From an uncultured Candidatus Bathyarchaeia archaeon (lineage in GTDB: Archaea; Thermoproteota; Bathyarchaeia; Bathyarchaeales; DTEX01): DNA of 64,000 nt. The notes below the pieces were generated by a model. It saw only the letters and a list, made by a program, of their open reading frames with translations. It was not told where the DNA came from and ran no database searches. The position numbers and the translations under genes are program-made. The first letter of the stretch is position 1. Each line of letters begins with the position of its first letter. The stretch spans positions 69,174-133,173 of the forward strand of contig CAZDRE010000001.1 in NCBI GenBank assembly GCA_964508155.1, given 5' to 3'. Of this stretch, positions 38,265-49,913 are shown piece by piece.

Positions 38265-38717
38265 CTATCTGGCCTTTAGAATCTCTCTGCGTGCTTTTAG
38301 ATCCTTCAGCAGGCTTCGATGGACCTCCTCATCGTCATGTATCGTCTTGAACAGCCTTGAGAAGCTTGGATCTGGGAATCGCTCGGCCATTATATTGAAG
38401 TATCTCGCCGATATTGCCTCAAGCTCTTCTAGAGCATCTTCTACCTCCTCCATTGAGACCTCCTCCTTCTTCATCGTTGCCGGATCGTAATCCAGAACAT
38501 TCAGCATCACTGGCTCTGTGACCTCCTTTCCAAGGGCTCTTATTGCATGCTCAATTATGACTCTATGAACGAGGGAGTCGTTACAGATCTTCTCGTAAAC
38601 TGCCTTTGAGACGGGATCCTCTTCATATTTAGCCTTTAACTGGAAGACGTGGAATAGGGAGTATTCAATGTTGCGTTGGTCTATGAGCTTGTAGAATAAG
38701 CCTTCATTCTTACTCAA
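38265..38717 (-). CDS. Hypothetical helical protein (possibly ferritin-like four-helix bundle)
   Basis: 150 aa, predicted all-helical, with ExxH-like pairs (IIEHA, DEEVHRS). Function unknown. Confidence 0.4.
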   Translation of the reverse strand: MSKNEGLFYKLIDQRNIEYSLFHVFQLKAKYEEDPVSKAVYEKICNDSLVHRVIIEHAIRALGKEVTEPVMLNVLDYDPATMKKEEVSMEEVEDALEELEAISARYFNIMAERFPDPSFSRLFKTIHDDEEVHRSLLKDLKARREILKAR

Positions 38718-38788
38718 TAAATCACAACCTAAACTAAGCCCCTTAAGTAGGGAATACCAGATTAATATACTTTGTGGTTAATTAAGCA

Positions 38789-40156
38789 TTGAAGCGAAAT
38801 AGGAGGAGAAGAGGTTTGGTCAGGTTGGTTGTTGTAGGCGGATCTGCCGCTGGCATGGCCGCGGCTGCCAAGGCCAAGCGCGTCAACAAGGAACTTGAGG
38901 TCATCGTATTTGAGAGGAGCAGATATGTTTCTTATGCTCCCTGCGGAGTTCCCTACTACATAGAGGGGCTAGTAGGGGACATTAACGATCTGGTATATTA
39001 CTCTGTTGATTACTTCAGGACTAAGAGGAATATAGATGTGAGAGTTAGACATGAAGTTTTGGATGTCGATCCGAAAGCCAGGATCGTTACTGCAAAGAAT
39101 CTGGATGACGGCGGTATCTTCGAGATTGAGTATGATTATCTGGTCCTTGCGACTGGCGGAAGGCCACTCATACCTGAAAGTGTAAATCTAAATGTTGATG
39201 GGGTATTCACCCTGAGGACACTGGAGGATGGGGAGAGGATTAAGGCGGCTTGCGAGAAAGCTGAAAGTGTAGGCATAGTCGGCGGTGGATACACGGGCCT
39301 TGAGATGGCTGAGGCCTTCAGGTGTAGGGGTAAAAGGGTTACGCTTATTCAGAGGTCTTATCCCATGAGGAGAGCCTTGGATCCAAAGGTCTCAGATGAT
39401 ATAATTGAGGAATTACGCAGACATGATGTAGATTTGCGTTTAGGCGAGACATTCTTGGATGTTGAGGAGAGGGCTGGCTCATTACGTTTAGTCACTGATA
39501 AGGATGAGTATCCGGTTGATATGGTTATCTTGGCGATGGGCGTTAGGCCAAATGTGGATCTGGCTGAGAGGATGGGCGTTGAGCTCGGCGCTACTGGGGC
39601 TATAAGGGTGAATGAGAGAATGGAGACTTCGGTTGAGGGCGTGTATGCTGCCGGAGACAATGCCGAAACAGTTCATCTCGTCTCTGGAAGGCCCATCTAT
39701 TTCCCCTTCGCTCCAGCCGCAAACAAGATGGGCAGGGTCGCCGGGGATAATATTGCTGGGGGAAACAGCAGATTCAGAGGAGTCCTGGGAACTACTTTCA
39801 CGAAGATCTTTGACCTGCACGTTGGGAGGACGGGACTATCCGAGTGGGAGGCTAAGACTTTGGGATTCGACGTTGCAGTAGTCGATATTAACCATATAAG
39901 TAGAAGCCATTATTTTCCAGGGAGCAAGCGGATGCATATTAGATTGATAGCCGACAGGAAGAGTCATAGGATACTGGGAGGGGCTATAACTGGGAGAGAG
40001 GGGGTTGCTGGGAGGGTGAATACGCTTGCCGCAGTCCTGTGGGGCGGATTGACAGTTGAGGATTTAACCCAGCTCGATCTTGGATATGCCCCTCCATTCG
40101 CTCCTGTCTGGGACGGACTGATCATCGCGGCAAACGTAATGCTAAGGAAACTTTAA
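38789..40156 (+). CDS. CoA-disulfide reductase / NADH oxidase family flavoprotein
   Basis: 455 aa. Has GGSAAG (FAD), a single redox Cys in SYAPCGVPYYI, and a second dinucleotide fold GGGYTGLE. Confidence 0.8.
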   Translation: MKRNRRRRGLVRLVVVGGSAAGMAAAAKAKRVNKELEVIVFERSRYVSYAPCGVPYYIEGLVGDINDLVYYSVDYFRTKRNIDVRVRHEVLDVDPKARIVTAKNLDDGGIFEIEYDYLVLATGGRPLIPESVNLNVDGVFTLRTLEDGERIKAACEKAESVGIVGGGYTGLEMAEAFRCRGKRVTLIQRSYPMRRALDPKVSDDIIEELRRHDVDLRLGETFLDVEERAGSLRLVTDKDEYPVDMVILAMGVRPNVDLAERMGVELGATGAIRVNERMETSVEGVYAAGDNAETVHLVSGRPIYFPFAPAANKMGRVAGDNIAGGNSRFRGVLGTTFTKIFDLHVGRTGLSEWEAKTLGFDVAVVDINHISRSHYFPGSKRMHIRLIADRKSHRILGGAITGREGVAGRVNTLAAVLWGGLTVEDLTQLDLGYAPPFAPVWDGLIIAANVMLRKL

Positions 40157-40229
40157 CGTATCCCAATGCATTTTGGATCACACTTAAATTTCAGCGTGCT
40201 GATCATGCATTGCAATTTGAGGTGCTTTT

Positions 40230-40388
40230 ATGAGCGGTAGAGGTTACGGTAGGGGAAGAAGAGGCGCGGGAGGACCGGCCTACTGCGTATGCCCAAACTG
40301 CGGCTATAGGGTTCAGCATACTAGGGGTGTTCCATGCCTCTCGATGAGATGCCCGAACTGCGGAACTGCCATGATGCCCTCATTTTAG
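40230..40388 (+). CDS. Small Arg/Gly-rich double CPxCG zinc-ribbon protein (unlisted ORF)
   Basis: 52 aa, below the ORF-track cutoff. Sequence: MSGRGYGRGRRGAGGPAYCVCPNCGYRVQHTRGVPCLSMRCPNCGTAMMPSF. GAGGTG lies 6-8 nt upstream of the ATG. Confidence 0.55.
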   Translation: MSGRGYGRGRRGAGGPAYCVCPNCGYRVQHTRGVPCLSMRCPNCGTAMMPSF

Positions 40389-40543
40389 AGCTTCCAGTTC
40401 AGATAATCCGTTGGCCCCGTGTTCCGTCATTCCAGAAAGTCTACGACTTCTCCTCATAATCCCGTCGCTGTCTTGGCCATCATACTTGCATGCCCATTTA
40501 GATCTAGAAGGAAGAATGACGTAATATTCATATTCTTCTCTTC

Positions 40544-40891
40544 ATGAATATAGAGCGAGCGCTATTTCAGGGGTGTGCTTTTATGGTTCGATCCGATAGG
40601 GAGATTGTGGATGAGATAATATCTCGCATTTCCGAGAGTGCTGGTGTAGGTTGGTTTGAGGCTAGGAGGATGCTTCATAAGTATGTCTGTGAAGGCAAGT
40701 GTGACTGGTATAGGAGCAAGAGTAGAGAAGCCGGCTTTGACAGGCTAGATCTGACTGATGATCAGAGGGGGATTATTGAGGGGATAGTTAGGCGGCTGAT
40801 GGCTGACTCTGGGATTGAGTATGCTAAGTGGAGGATACATAATATTCTATGCCCGGGTCATCCTAGGCCTAAGCCTAAGGATTCATCTTAG
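40544..40891 (+). CDS. Hypothetical protein
   Basis: 115-aa ORF with no recognisable motif. An alternative start at M14 is possible. Confidence 0.4.
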   Translation: MNIERALFQGCAFMVRSDREIVDEIISRISESAGVGWFEARRMLHKYVCEGKCDWYRSKSREAGFDRLDLTDDQRGIIEGIVRRLMADSGIEYAKWRIHNILCPGHPRPKPKDSS

Positions 40892-41013
40892 GGGATAGAT
40901 TCCGATTGTGGGTATGTAGGAGCCGTCTGGACGTTAATTCTGTATTTCTGCGCGTCAATGCTTAAATCTCCCGTTTAATAATTTATTGCATGATACTTTT
41001 GGTGGGGTTCTGA

Positions 41014-43209
<2,196 letters not shown>

Positions 43210-43308
43210 CCAAATTTCTTCCGATACTGGGAAAAATTTGTATATATACTTGCGTGATTACGGCGGAATGCTCTTTGATTCCATCCTTTGATTTTCTGAA
43301 TGAATTTT

Positions 43309-43339
43309 GAGATCGATCTATGCGTTGATGATCGATCTC
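43309..43339. other. Perfect 10-bp stem hairpin in the cdc48/tRNA-Gly spacer
   Basis: gagatcgatc (43309-43318) pairs with gatcgatctc (43330-43339), with an 11-nt loop. Confidence 0.3.
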
Positions 43340-43418
43340 CAATCCATGAATTCTCCAAATTCGGATACGGAGATTATGTAGGTGCAGAAGCCTCTTTCAA
43401 AAAAGCAATTCAGATTTT

Positions 43419-43495
43419 TGGTGCGGCCGCCGGGATTTGAACCCGGGCTGTCGGCTCGGGAGGCCGATGTCCTAACCAGGCTAGACTACGGCCGC
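43419..43495 (-). tRNA. tRNA-Gly(CCC), CCA encoded
   Basis: The reverse strand reads GCGGCCG TA GTCT AGCCTGGTTA GGAC A TCGGC CTCCCGA GCCGA CAGCC CGGG.. TTCAAAT .. CGGCCGC A CCA. Confidence 0.9.
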
Positions 43496-43623
43496 TGATC
43501 CCGTAGCGTTTTTCTAGCTTAACTTCTTGGATGATAGATTTATTTTTTCCGCACTTCGGATGATTTTTGGAAAAGAGTATTAAGTTTCTGCTTTACCATA
43601 TATTTTTGGTTACTGGAGGATCC

Positions 43624-44338
43624 ATGTTGGGTAGGGAGTGGGATAGGCTGATCGATGATCTCATCAGGATGGGAATACTTAAGACTCCAAGAGTTATTAG
43701 GGCTATGAGGAAGGTTCCTAGAAGCCTCTTTCTCCCAGAGGAGAATAGGGCCTACGCGGCAGTCGATACTCCGCTACCGATAGGCAAGGGTCAGACCGTC
43801 TCGGCGCCACTCAGCTGATCAAACTCGATCAGCTGGGCGATACATGGTCTCAATAATGAATGAGGCATTGGAGCTCGATATTGGACATAAGGTCCTTGAG
43901 ATTGGAACCGGATGCGGATGGCACGCCTCGACAGTCGCGGAGATCGTAGCTCCAAGCAACATTGATAGGAGGAGGTGGGGCCACGTATACACGATTGAAA
44001 TAATTCCAGAATTGGCTGAGGTGGCGAGGGAGAATATAAGGCGAGCTGGATTCGATGACCGCGTAACGGTGATCTGCGGAGACGGCTCTTTAGGCCTCCC
44101 AGAGGAGGCTCCATTCGACAGGATATTCGTTACGGCAGCGGCCCCCTACGTTCCACCGCCACTAAAGAGGCAACTGAAGAACGGAGGCATACTCCTACTT
44201 CCTGTTGGATCGGTCGGATTCTACCAGACGCTTATTAGGCTCAGAAGGCTTAATGACAAGTTTGTGGAGGAGGATCTAGGCGGAGTTGCTTTCGTACCGC
44301 TGACGGGAAAGCACGGCCACAAGGTATATGGTTACTAG
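43624..44338 (+). CDS. pcm: Protein-L-isoaspartate O-methyltransferase, interrupted: join(43624..43810,43842..44338)
   Basis: ORFs 43567..43818 and 43844..44338 are the N- and C-terminal parts of PIMT in different frames. Exon 1 ends ..GQTVSAP. Exon 2 continues [28 protein letters not shown]. Joining at 43810|43842 gives SAPHMVSIM. The likely start is ATG 43624, after GGAGGA. Confidence 0.8.
43811..43841 (+). other. Putative 31-nt BHB intron within pcm
   Basis: The central 4-bp helix pairs 43805-43808 (cgcc) with 43836-43839 (ggcg). It is flanked by 3-nt bulges 43809-43811 (act) and 43840-43842 (ata). The inner 9-bp helix pairs 43812-43820 with 43827-43835 around loop aaactc. Confidence 0.7.
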
Positions 44339-44390
44339 AGCCCAAAATTTAAGTCTCAAATAAACTTATATTCTCGGATAGTTTTACTCC

Positions 44391-45116
44391 ATGATCGTTG
44401 AGGGGACTCCAGTGGATTCTACGATTTGGCTCGTACTGACAGGCATATTTGTGGTCTTATCAGTCGGCCTAGCAACGCTGCTGATAATTGAGCGTGAAAG
44501 AAGCCGAAAGAATAGGAGTTTAGGCGAGGCGAACTCCGCTCCTATCAGAATTCCATTCGCTACTGAGAGGACTATCTCGCCCAGCCTATATGAGGAGGCA
44601 AAGACGAGGCTTAGAGTGCTCGATCTGGAGAGGGAGATACTGAGCTACGCCATCCGAAGATTATATGAGGCGCATGCGGAGGGCAGAATCACGGAGGAGG
44701 AGAGGGATAGGCTCGTAGAGAAGTATAGGGTCGACCTTGAGAGGATAAAGGAGGAGATAGCAAGGGGAGAATCCATAGTTGCACTGAACGAGCTTGAGAG
44801 GATGAGGGAGGAATTCATCAGGATCTTCTCAGAGAGATTCGATGAACTGACGAGGAGGATCGAGCAGTTAAGGGCCATGACAGGTCTACCCCAGCCGGCA
44901 CCGCAACCCACAGAGGAGAGAATGGAGAAGCCAGCGGCGGGGGAGGAGAAGGAGGAGCCTAAACCACAGCCAGCGCCTAAGCCGAGGAGGAGAAAGACCC
45001 AAATTAAGCCTCCGCCTGAACCTGAAAAGCCTGATGTCGAGAAGAGAGTTGAGCAGATAGTATCCGAGGTCGAGAAGGTCCTTAAAAGGCTGGGACAGAT
45101 GGAAGTTGAGGAGTAG
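44391..45116 (+). CDS. Membrane-anchored coiled-coil protein with Pro/Glu/Lys-rich segment
   Basis: 241 aa. Has an N-terminal TM helix, heptad-rich ER/EL repeats and a PQPAPQP..KPQPAPKP stretch. Sits between pcm and rpiA. Confidence 0.5.
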   Translation: MIVEGTPVDSTIWLVLTGIFVVLSVGLATLLIIERERSRKNRSLGEANSAPIRIPFATERTISPSLYEEAKTRLRVLDLEREILSYAIRRLYEAHAEGRITEEERDRLVEKYRVDLERIKEEIARGESIVALNELERMREEFIRIFSERFDELTRRIEQLRAMTGLPQPAPQPTEERMEKPAAGEEKEEPKPQPAPKPRRRKTQIKPPPEPEKPDVEKRVEQIVSEVEKVLKRLGQMEVEE

Positions 45117-45809
45117 ATGAGCTGGCGTGAGGATGCTAAGCGTAGAGCCGCCTCTGAAGCGGCGAGATACGTTGAAGACGGATTCGTAGTTGGGCTTGGA
45201 AGCGGATCGACAGCCGCATATGCAATAAGGGAGATAGGGCGGAGAGTAAGAGAGGAGGGACTGAGAGTTCTAGGAGTTCCAACGTCATACAGCGCCTTCC
45301 TCCTCGCAGTCAAGTCTGGAATACCATTAACGACTCTTAATGAGCATCCAACACTCGACCTTGACATAGACGGTGCGGACCAGATCGACCGTCGCCTAAA
45401 CCTCATAAAGGGTATGGGAGGGGCCTTAACTAGGGAGAAGATAATCGCCGCCTCATCCAAAAAGTTCGTAGTAGTCGCGGATGAGACTAAGCTGACAAGC
45501 TCATTGGGTGAGGGTCAGCCCGTACCAGTCGAGATCCTGCCATTTGCATTGCCACTAGTCATCGACAGAATAAGGATGATCGGGGGGAGGCCGAAGCTCA
45601 GGGAGAGAAGGGATGGATCAGGACCATACATAACGGATAATGGAAACTTCATTTTAGATGTGGATTTCGGAGCCGTTAAGGAGCCGGCTAAACTGGAGAT
45701 GAGACTTAAGGGCATACCGGGAGTAATCGAGACTGGACTCTTCTTGGGAATGGCTCAAGAGGCAATCATAGGCACGAAGGATGGAATTAAAGTCGTAAGG
45801 AGGACATAA
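45117..45809 (+). CDS. rpiA: Ribose-5-phosphate isomerase A
   Basis: 230 aa. Contains GLGSGSTAAYAI, DGADQID and KGMGGALTREK. Confidence 0.9.
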   Translation: MSWREDAKRRAASEAARYVEDGFVVGLGSGSTAAYAIREIGRRVREEGLRVLGVPTSYSAFLLAVKSGIPLTTLNEHPTLDLDIDGADQIDRRLNLIKGMGGALTREKIIAASSKKFVVVADETKLTSSLGEGQPVPVEILPFALPLVIDRIRMIGGRPKLRERRDGSGPYITDNGNFILDVDFGAVKEPAKLEMRLKGIPGVIETGLFLGMAQEAIIGTKDGIKVVRRT

Positions 45810-45814
45810 CCCGC

Positions 45815-46816
45815 TTAGATTATGCCGTTTCTCAGCAGATCCTCCCACCTCAACTTTCCAAGCATAACATACGCCTCCCTCAAAGTCAGAACTGGACGTG
45901 GAAAGGCGGAGTCGGCATCCAAAGAGACCCTTGGACACGCAGTATTCACGAATGCCCCGAAACAAGTGAAGTCCTCAAGCAATTCAGGGGTTATCTCCAT
46001 CATAGCCAAGATATGAGCAGACTTCCCCATGCGAGTCAGTTCATCCCTAACCCTAAGGGCCTCCCCAAGCCTCCTCTGGCCAGGCTTCAACCCAACAATA
46101 ACGCCGATAGTCTCCGCCCTTCCAGCCTCCTCGATCTCAGCCCACCTCCTCCTGAGAAGCCTCCTAGCATCATCATCCAGCCTGTAGGCTCTGCCCGTGA
46201 ATGGATCAGCCGCTACAACTGGCTTCATAGTCGCCAAGGCTAAACCGAGAGGGTGGAAGCGCCCGCCACCTATGAAGAGGAAAGCCTCAACATTCGAGGA
46301 GATCGCCTTTGCATTAGCATAGTTGCATCCCAAGACTTGGCCTGGACGGAGCATGCCTGATGCCCCTCCAACATATACGGTCTTGCCCTCAGAGGAGAGG
46401 ATCCTCCTCGCTTCATCCAGGCTCTTTATATGCTGGATCGTCGTCGCCAATCCTATTCTACTCCAACGCTTCAGGAGACCAAGGGATCTCCTAACGGCCT
46501 TCCCCACGGGTATCCTAGCGTAGGCCTCGAAGTATACGACTGGAACATCCACGTCACTCAGCATCTTAGAGTGGCCATAATGAACTATCAAGTCGACATT
46601 CAGCTCTTTAGCTTCAGATATGGCTATGTCGCATGCTCCGTAGCATGGATCCCCAGAGATTATGGCGGTTGCCCCTGCATCCTCGATGATTGAGGCAAGC
46701 CTCATACCATGAGGCTTCAATCCCTCTGGGAGTTGCAGTAAAACCCTCCTCGCCCCACGCCTCCTAATCTCATCCCTAAGCCTATCCTCTTCTAGATCGA
46801 ATATCTCTCCTCTCAT
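45815..46816 (-). CDS. dph2: Diphthamide synthesis protein Dph2 (2-(3-amino-3-carboxypropyl)histidine synthase)
   Basis: 333 aa. Contains RVLLQLPEGLK, ISGDPCYGACD and VNTACPR. Confidence 0.85.
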   Translation of the reverse strand: MRGEIFDLEEDRLRDEIRRRGARRVLLQLPEGLKPHGMRLASIIEDAGATAIISGDPCYGACDIAISEAKELNVDLIVHYGHSKMLSDVDVPVVYFEAYARIPVGKAVRRSLGLLKRWSRIGLATTIQHIKSLDEARRILSSEGKTVYVGGASGMLRPGQVLGCNYANAKAISSNVEAFLFIGGGRFHPLGLALATMKPVVAADPFTGRAYRLDDDARRLLRRRWAEIEEAGRAETIGVIVGLKPGQRRLGEALRVRDELTRMGKSAHILAMMEITPELLEDFTCFGAFVNTACPRVSLDADSAFPRPVLTLREAYVMLGKLRWEDLLRNGII

Positions 46817-46943
46817 CCGAGACTACCCTTTCAGAATGACGGATGATCCTAAATTGAGCGTCAAGCCCTTTAAGGATTTAGATTCTAAAATTGAAATTTA
46901 TCAACTACAAAAAAATGGGTGGAGGATTATGGCTTCATCGCCT

Positions 46944-49319
46944 TCAGTCAAGCGGTATATCCAAGTCCGGGTCTTCACGCATCCCTTTGCCTAGGAGCTT
47001 TTCAAGCATTATCCTCTGCTCTATCCTAGCGACGAGCTTCCTAGTCTCCACGACCACGTCTGGATTGACTGAGATGCTGTCTATTCCGCTTCTAACCAAG
47101 AACTCTGTGAACTCTGGATATACGCTTGGAGCCTGACCGCAGATGCTCACCGTCTTGCCGTCCCTATGTGCAAGCTTGATTAGCAGTCTGATCGCCCTCT
47201 TAACGGCCAAGTCACGCTCATCGAATAGGTGGGCTACGGTCTCATTATCTCTGTCACATCCGAGAATAGTCATTGTTAAATCGTTACTTCCAATGCTGTA
47301 TCCATCAACATACTTGTTGAATTTGTCGGCTAAGAGGCAGTTGCTCGGTATCTCAGCCATAAGCCAGACCTTGAAGTCTGGGCCCCTCCGGAGGCCCTCC
47401 TCCTCGAATATCTTGTTTATCCTCACCATCTCATCGACTCTTCTGCAGAATGGTATCATAACATGCAGATTCTTTAGGCCGAACTCCTCCCTTACCTTCC
47501 TGACAGCTCTGACTTCAAGCCTGAAGGCCTCGATATACTTGGGGTCATAGTATCTCGACGCTCCCCTCCAGCCCAGCAGGGCTGATGGCTCAACAGGCTC
47601 ATACTTGTCTCCGCCCTTAAGCTCCCTATACTCGGAAGATTTGAAGTCGCTGAAGCGCATGATGACGGGCCTCGGATAGAAGGCTGCACATATCTTCCTG
47701 AATGCCTCAGCCAGGCTGTTGATTACCTTCTCGGGTCTCCCCTGCTCGATCAGGTAGAGCGGATGCTCGCCAATCTCGCTACTCCATACGAACTCCTGCC
47801 TGAGCAATCCGACTCCATCGGCTGGGAGGGCTGCGACCCTCTCGGCTATCTCAGGCTCTCCCAGATTCACATAGATCTTCGTGCCGGTAACTATGTATGG
47901 CTCCGCAACTTTAACTGCCTTTCCAGTTATGACAGCCTCAGCCGCCTCCTGCTTCTTAACTGCCTCCTCCAATGCACCCTCATAGACTACGCCGAGCTTA
48001 GCGTCAACCGTGACTATTGCTCCATTTGGCAAAGCCTCAGTCGCTGGTTTCCCACGTGATGCCGTTCCAACTATACAGGGAATTCCGAGCTCCCTCGAGA
48101 CTATAGCGGCGTGGCATGTCATGCCTCCCGAGTTAGTCACTATCGCAGCCGCCTTCCTCATCGCTGGAACCCAGTCTGGAGCGGTCATCTCAGTTACGAG
48201 TATCTCGCCCTTCTCAAACTCGTTTATCTGCTCCACGCTTGGGATTATGTGAACTCTGCCCACGGCTATTCCAGGAGATGCTGGAAGCCCCTGAACGAGC
48301 ACCTTCCTCTCAGTTGTAGTCTTGATCTCGGCTTCAGGCTTCTCCTCCTTCTTCATAGCCCAGACAGTCTCTGGCCTAGCCTGCAGGATAAAGAGCTTAT
48401 TCGTCCTCTCATCCAATGCCCACTCGATATCCATAGGCTTCTTATAGTGGTTCTCTATCATTATCGCGTATTTCGCCAGCTCCTTTATCTGCTCATCAGT
48501 TAACACTTGCTTGTCCTGCAACTCGGGCGGAACGGGCTTCTCGACTGTTCCTCCAGTCGGGGCTCTAACGAGCTGAACAGTCTTCCTCGGAACATTCTTC
48601 TTTACTATTTCGAGATCCGATTTCCTAACGAGATACTCGTCAGGCGTTATCTTCCCCTGAACAACGTACTCGCCGAGTCCATATCCAGCCTCTATAAGAA
48701 CTACGCTTCTATCACCATTCGCGACGTTAAGCGTGAACATTACTCCGCTTGCCTTACTGTAGACCATCAGCTGAACGGCGGCGCTTAATGCTATTGAGAG
48801 ATGATCGAAGCCCTTCTGTATCCTATAGAAGATCGCCCTATCAGTGAATAGGCTTGCATAGCACTTCTTAACTTTATCAACTACCTCCTGCGCTCCCTGA
48901 ACGTTCAAGTATGTCTCCTGCTGACCGGCGAAGCTTGCATCGGGAAGATCTTCAGCCGTGGCCGAGCTCCTAACAGCAACGAATGGATCCTTAACCCCAA
49001 CCTTCTCAGCCAATGCATTATATGCATTTACGATTGCCTGCTCTAGATCCTTAGGCATATCAGCCGACTCTATTAGCTCCCTTATCCTAGCTCCAACGCT
49101 CTGCAGAGTCCTAGTATCGTTTGGATCCTTTATCTCGCTGAGCAGCGCAGCCATCTTCTCATCGAGCTTATTCGCCTTAATAAAGTATCTGTATGCCTCA
49201 GCCGTTGTTGCAAATCCGTAGGGAACGGGAACTCCCGTCCTACGGGTCATCTCCCCTAGACTTGCACTCTTACCTCCAACCCTCGGGACATCTTCCATTC
49301 CGATCTCGTCGAACCACAA
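46944..49319 (-). CDS. ppsA: Phosphoenolpyruvate synthase (pyruvate, water dikinase)
   Basis: 791 aa. Has the GGKSASLGEM N-terminus, the phosphohistidine segment GGMTCHAAIVSRELGIPCIVG and a PEP-utilizer TIM domain. Confidence 0.95.
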   Translation of the reverse strand: MWFDEIGMEDVPRVGGKSASLGEMTRRTGVPVPYGFATTAEAYRYFIKANKLDEKMAALLSEIKDPNDTRTLQSVGARIRELIESADMPKDLEQAIVNAYNALAEKVGVKDPFVAVRSSATAEDLPDASFAGQQETYLNVQGAQEVVDKVKKCYASLFTDRAIFYRIQKGFDHLSIALSAAVQLMVYSKASGVMFTLNVANGDRSVVLIEAGYGLGEYVVQGKITPDEYLVRKSDLEIVKKNVPRKTVQLVRAPTGGTVEKPVPPELQDKQVLTDEQIKELAKYAIMIENHYKKPMDIEWALDERTNKLFILQARPETVWAMKKEEKPEAEIKTTTERKVLVQGLPASPGIAVGRVHIIPSVEQINEFEKGEILVTEMTAPDWVPAMRKAAAIVTNSGGMTCHAAIVSRELGIPCIVGTASRGKPATEALPNGAIVTVDAKLGVVYEGALEEAVKKQEAAEAVITGKAVKVAEPYIVTGTKIYVNLGEPEIAERVAALPADGVGLLRQEFVWSSEIGEHPLYLIEQGRPEKVINSLAEAFRKICAAFYPRPVIMRFSDFKSSEYRELKGGDKYEPVEPSALLGWRGASRYYDPKYIEAFRLEVRAVRKVREEFGLKNLHVMIPFCRRVDEMVRINKIFEEEGLRRGPDFKVWLMAEIPSNCLLADKFNKYVDGYSIGSNDLTMTILGCDRDNETVAHLFDERDLAVKRAIRLLIKLAHRDGKTVSICGQAPSVYPEFTEFLVRSGIDSISVNPDVVVETRKLVARIEQRIMLEKLLGKGMREDPDLDIPLD

Positions 49320-49332
49320 TACGAACTTCTTT

Positions 49333-49872
49333 TCAGCTGACAGTTGCCTTCACCTCCAAACTCGGGCTTTCCAGTTCCTCTATGACTATCCTACATGGAG
49401 TGGGCAGTTTCGCCCCGGCTCTCCTAAGAGCCTCCTTAGCGATCTCAACATTACTCTTATTAACGTATACCTCAGCTATGGGCTGATCAGGCTCAACCCT
49501 AGCGGCCCTACCAACGGGCTTGCCGAAAGCCCGCCTCATACCCTCCTGAAGCCTATCCGCATGCGCTCCGAAGATCATCTTGTTCTCGCGGAGTACGACA
49601 TGCGGCAATGGAAGTATCCGAAGGAAGAAGCTCTTTCCAAGGTTCTTCTGGAGGTATCTGTTGGCGGCGACCCTAGCGGCCTCTAGGGCGTTATGTCTAA
49701 TCTGAACCCTCTTCTTCGAGAGCAGAGTGACCCTATACGTATAAGAATCCGAGAGCTCCCCCATGGTATACTTGACTATCTTAGGCTGGGGAGCCCCATG
49801 AATATATTCTATCCTCGAGTATGGAACCCCCTTCACCCTACGGTAATTGTATGCCTTCATCTCGCTCAACAC
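49333..49872 (-). CDS. rpl10e: Ribosomal protein L10e (uL16)
   Basis: 179 aa. Contains YRRVKGVPYSRIEYIHG.. and LRENKM..GAHADRLQ.GMR. Confidence 0.9.
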   Translation of the reverse strand: MLSEMKAYNYRRVKGVPYSRIEYIHGAPQPKIVKYTMGELSDSYTYRVTLLSKKRVQIRHNALEAARVAANRYLQKNLGKSFFLRILPLPHVVLRENKMIFGAHADRLQEGMRRAFGKPVGRAARVEPDQPIAEVYVNKSNVEIAKEALRRAGAKLPTPCRIVIEELESPSLEVKATVS

Positions 49873-49913
49873 CTTCCTTTATCCAAAGGAACGAGATATT
49901 TAAATCTTCAGCT

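Noticed and set aside
43567-44338. pcm as a frameshifted pseudogene or a genuinely split two-polypeptide gene.
   Set aside because: This was considered, but both halves are otherwise intact. The interruption is exactly a 31-nt element with a near-canonical BHB fold. The structure-predicted cut sites restore the frame and the conserved His. A random indel would not be expected to do this. It remains formally possible until transcripts are examined.
44645-45460. 271-aa minus-strand ORF spanning the coiled-coil gene and rpiA.
   Set aside because: The Ser/Leu-rich antisense translation crosses a gene boundary. The plus-strand genes have clear motifs (rpiA GLGSGST).
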